64,000 nt of DNA. Origin: Ramazzottius varieornatus (taxonomy: Eukaryota > Animalia > Tardigrada). Under the pieces are notes generated by a model, which searched no databases, was not told the DNA's origin, and saw only the letters and a list, made by a program, of their open reading frames with translations. Position 1 is the stretch's first letter. The number at the start of each line of letters is the position of its first letter. Position numbers and translations under genes: made by a program. Shown one piece after another: positions 59,570 to 64,000 of this stretch. The stretch is from assembly GCA_001949185.1 (NCBI GenBank), contig BDGG01000001.1:4701624-4765623 (forward strand). The letters are read 5' to 3'.

Positions 59570-62543
59570 ATGTCGGATGACGATTCAGCTCGTCCATTTT
59601 CGGGTGATTCTTCCGGCGACGAGCGAAACTGGCCACCGCCTGCTGAAACAAGAAAAGCCCACAGTGAGGAACAAGAAAGGCCTTCAGCGCCTTCTTATCT
59701 CAGCCAGGACACGCCCTTGAATGACATACAACAGTTTTGGAATAAACAAAAGAATTCAGGTGGGATGGACTTTCACGGTCATCTGGAAGAAGTCCGTCAG
59801 AAGAGACAGTCCCTGATGGATTTGCGCAACCTCGCTGATAGTCCGCCACTTCCTTCTGACAACACAGACAGCAATCGACAACAGTTCGAGCCAAGTTCAC
59901 CTTCCCGGCACTCTGAGTTTCAATACAGAAATCAGTCTCCGGAGTCCTCGAGATCTGGATCAAGCGAGTCATTCACTGAAAGACATCAAAGGCAAGACAA
60001 TCAGCAAAACGATCGTGATCAACCACAAAATAATTTCAACGATCAACGGCAAGAACTGCAACGAAACGTCAACCAGCAGCTACAAAAATCTGCTAATGAA
60101 CCGGCGAAAAATTACGATGAGCCTGCCGATCGCTCGTCTTCAAACCAGGATCAGCCTCGAAACCAGACCCAGAAATCCGGAAGGTCATCGTCGCCGGTTG
60201 AAGAATCAATAAAACCAGCTAAGCCATCTTCCCAGCCAACGCAGCAAGCGAACAGTCGGTCGCCCACCTCCACCACTTCTTTGGCGGAAATGGACAACCA
60301 TGTGGAGGTGGAGGATCAACTACAGAATGTTATCGACAGTTCTTTGCATAACCTGACATGGGCCACCAAGACTCTTCACAAATATCGCAGCTTGAGCCAG
60401 AGTAAGCAGCAACTGGCGACGCTAAGCAGTATCGCGCCACAGGAGGACGCCATCTTGTCCCGAAGCAGGAGTCGCCAGTTTGAGAACACTAACAGTCAAC
60501 CTTACCAGCCATCTGGTGTTTATCAGTGGCCAGCACAACGGTCTGTTTCGCCGGATTGCGGTTCTCCAGCCGGGCGGAGCTACCAGCCGCCTGTTCAAAC
60601 ACCACCGCTTTGGTTACATTCCGGGAGTAATCACCTGCCGTCGCAAGCGGTGCCATCTTCGTCTATGGCAAACCACGTATCATCAAGTCGCCCTTTATCG
60701 TCCTCCACCTGCGCATCTCAGACAATGTTGAGCATGAAACAGCTACACGAGGTACAGTGTCATTTCAAACTATCTATTACAGAAGGCGTTCAAAAAGTCC
60801 AAGTTTTTTATCCTTTTTCAACATGTGATTTACAACGAGTCTAAAGTTACAAGGCAACAGCTCCCCGATGCTGAGTACAGGAGTTCCTCCGTGTGAAGTT
60901 TTCCTACGAGTTTCTGTTACTATCAGTAGTTTTCTCGTATCGTTCAGGATTTAATTGGTACTGTCGCTGCTGCGCTTGCTTAGTTTGTACTGTTGTATTG
61001 CCGTAGGTTTATGGAACGTCTGAGCCCGCTTCGCTCGTGGCCAAGAGAAGTGGTCGCCTTACACCCGATCCCGTCATGCTAGCCGCCAAGAACTCGCTAT
61101 CCTTCTGGTCAGACAGCGGTTCCTCCGTAAAGTCTGCAGAGTATGAAACAGCCTTATCCCTCTCAAGTCACGAGGACAGCTCCATAGTTCGCGCTAACGA
61201 GATGCGAGCTCGGGCTGCCCTCCGCATGCCCTCACAGGCCACCCTCCCAACCATTGAGTTGTCACCGCAAGACCGCGCACACCTCCACGCCCAAGCCAAG
61301 GTATCGTACCTCAGGCTGGACGATTACTACGTCTCAGCAGAAGACAACCCTGATGCTGGAGACGTAACACTCACAAGAGTCCGAACTCCGGTTCCGGACC
61401 ACCCGACACCCAGTGCGTCACCCACGCACAACCACAAGACGGAAGCCGGCAGGGACCTCGAAGATGTCCACTTGGCGTCGAGGAATAGCCTGATCTTTTG
61501 GGATGGCGCGGAGGCTCGCTCAGCGGATACCCAGGAGAGACCGAGTTCAGAGCGGAGTAGGCGAATGTCGACAGAGAGCAGGAGCTCGAAGAACGAGTGG
61601 CTACGGCAAGCCATGCCTGTTGGCCAGATGGGTTCTTCACATCACATCGCGCAGGCCTCCTCGAAAGCGCAGATGTCAAGCTCCAGATATGACGACTCCT
61701 TCACCACGCTACTTTCTCCAAGGTCCTTTGCGGTACTCCCTGGTTGACGGTAGCCAGTTAGAGATATCTGAAATGCTACCCATTGTAGTACTGGGCCAAT
61801 GGGGCGTGAAATTCTAAGTGTCAATATTTGGAAAGCCTGCAAACAGCCTTGAGCTGATCGTCATCTTAACTGACGCAGTTTTTGATGTCACTGACTGGAA
61901 ACGTGCGCCACTTGAGATAACTATCATCTCGAAATCGTTGTCGGCCTCCCACTTGTCTCGTTTTTTTCTTATTATTGATAAATAACGTGATCCTTCTTGC
62001 TTCCAGAGTATAGCGCCAGTAACATCGGAAGGTCCCTTCGGTGAGATTTCTAGCAGGTCTCATACCAGTCTTCACCGGCGACAAGCATCCGAAAGCTACT
62101 CTACTAACCTGTCGCCTGAAGTGAAACTATCTCAAAAAGAAAAACTCATTCGACTTTTCTGGGACCAGTCAGTTTCCCCACTAGGGACAATCTCTCGCCT
62201 CTCTCAGTCTGCCATCAACTCTAAGCTTGAACTACTGGAGATCGCCTTAAGAAGTATGCTGGGCTATGAGAACACCGTGGGTGCTCGACTTCAAGCTTCC
62301 GATCTCTCTCCTGAAACACTCAGTCCTGCTTTCATGACAGACTGGAGCCAACTGCAACAAGTATGGCCGAGGCACCAAGCTCCCGACCTACAAAAGACTA
62401 AACTTTTGATAATAATACCTTCGTCGTTGATAAGTGAAATTGAAGCGGAGAAACTACAAGCTGCCCTTGTACAGTTTGAGGGTATCATGGAGATGAGCTC
62501 CAACGATATGTGCATCCTTTCTGCTATAACAAATAAAAATTAG
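59570..62543 (+). CDS. Ser/Gln-rich low-complexity coding exons (59570-60750, ~61007-61721, ~62057-62543): either a long EPS8 C-terminal extension or a separate uncharacterised gene
   Basis: ORFs of 424, 236 and 140 codons on the same strand with plausible splice sites; no recognisable domain. Confidence 0.55.
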
Positions 62544-62754
62544 AAAAACAGAAAAACAATTAAAATCAGCTGTAAAATATAATGACAAAAAGACACGGTA
62601 TCAAAATACAAACACCAAGTACCACGTTGGAGGAAGAAAATGCTGTTCGTATCTGGCACAAGGAAATCAGATATCAATGATTTCGCACGAGAGTGCCAAT
62701 TAATGGCACAAGAATTCCTAGCCCGCAAAATATGAACCTCCAACTGAGCATAGA

Positions 62755-63855
62755 TCAGAAACTCCGACGGTCTTTTACCACCATTGCATTCACAGTCAAC
62801 AGATCCCTCTCGTAAGTAACCTGAGAAGAGGTAAAGAACAGCTTATTAGCTGGGTCGAACGTTCTCTGCCAGCTGATACCACAGGCAGAAACTCGCTAGT
62901 GAGTTCAAGTTACTTGCCTTGAAATAGCGGTTAGGGTCCACAGGAATCATTTTAACCTGACACTTGGAATACTTTTTCGCCAAAGCCAAGCATTCTGTGC
63001 CATTAGTCAGCTCTTCTTCCGAGGCACTACGGTATGCGTCTTCCAGGACGGACAGCCGGAAGCACTGTGGCATTTCACTGGAAAAGAGATCATGTCTCGG
63101 AAGAGCCTCGGACATCATGCCTTCGGAATCTATCCTGAGAATGGTGGAGACCAAAGGGACATAAACCCCAGCAGCCTAAAACAGAAATAGTTTAACGCTA
63201 CGAACATCCGGGAAGCTCCATTCAATGTATTCTAGTGACATGAAACTTACTCCGTATTGCGAAGCTGCTCCAACGACTTTAAGGCACGTCGCTTCGTCGA
63301 TGAGAGGTCGAACAACGTCATGGACGATAACAACAGCAGGCTTATCCGTCCAGGAAGAGATCTCGTGTACTCCTCCCTGGATCGTACGATGGCGCGTCTC
63401 GCTTCCGGCTCTGATTGTAACCCGTCCTGAGCTGAGGAGGCAATTGTCGTTGAGATGAGCTTGTAGCAGCGCTTGTGTACACTGCACCAGGTGCTCTTGG
63501 ACCATCAAGACTATGTTTGATATCCATGGAATACTGAAATAACCAAACGTCACGTTAAATCAGTCCGAGATGGACAATGCCAATATCATCAACGTATGTA
63601 CTTGGCGAATGCTGTGATAGTGTGGATGAGAATCGGCGTCCGTTCCTCTCCGACCGTTTGATACTGCTTCAACTTTGTCCAGGAACAGGTACCGTTAACA
63701 GCAGCTGGCATGGCAGGCGTAGAACATGGTGCACCAGAAACAGAAGATGAGAAGCGCGAACTGCTTCCGGAGGCTGGAAGAAGCACCGCTACCTTAGCTG
63801 CTACTGTCAAAGGTGGAGAAGCGAGCAGCTTGGAATCCGCCAACTTTCCATCCAT
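62755..63855 (-). CDS. CRPPA: D-ribitol-5-phosphate cytidylyltransferase (ISPD/CRPPA; IspD family), 4 exons
   Basis: VAVLLPASGSSSRF, KQY, GSETRHRTI, VVIVHDVVRPL, SEMPQCF, GTECLALA, FK|VTYERDL. Confidence 0.9.
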
Positions 63856-64000
63856 TTTTATCCTCCAGTCCCAAATTTACCCCTTCCAGTTCGTGTCAAG
63901 CAGCTCAAGCTGCCAGTAATCAGCATGTCAGGAGGAGGTAACCAGCTGCGATGAACCCGAAGGAAAATACGGAGGGAAAGTAATTATGAAGAAACTACAT

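Noticed and set aside
62755-63855. Horizontal-transfer interpretation of the IspD-like gene (likewise MtnB, ClpX, HMBS)
   Set aside because: All have spliceosomal introns and match standard animal orthologs (CRPPA, APIP, CLPX, HMBS).

Overview
Eukaryotic (animal) genomic DNA, gene-dense, with short GT-AG introns mostly 55-100 nt long. The compact architecture resembles a tardigrade-type invertebrate genome, but that is inference. Genes in order: ARHGAP32/33-like PX-SH3-RhoGAP (+), neurabin/spinophilin (+), porphobilinogen deaminase (+), alpha-tubulin acetyltransferase-like (+), PEP-19/neurogranin-like IQ microprotein (+), AMP deaminase (+), a ~1029-aa protein with seven Ly6/three-finger-like domains (+; its introns carry nested DNA transposons including an apparently intact hAT element), methylthioribulose-1-P dehydratase (-), ELAV/Sxl-like two-RRM gene with an in-frame stop (+), actinoporin-like (-), mitochondrial ClpX (-), WH2 protein (+), NUDT6 (-), EPS8/arouser (+) and ISPD/CRPPA (-). 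Two things stand out. (1) Six copies of an intronic bipartite inverted motif, ACCTGCATAC-N30-GTATGCAGGT, in which the arms and the 30-bp spacer length are conserved while the spacer sequences are largely unrelated. (2) A tandem segmental duplication (16001-34823 vs 34824-~41120) followed by reciprocal gene loss, which reshuffled gene order and cut the 3' end off the multi-Ly6 gene. Exon boundaries were read by eye and may be off by a few bases.
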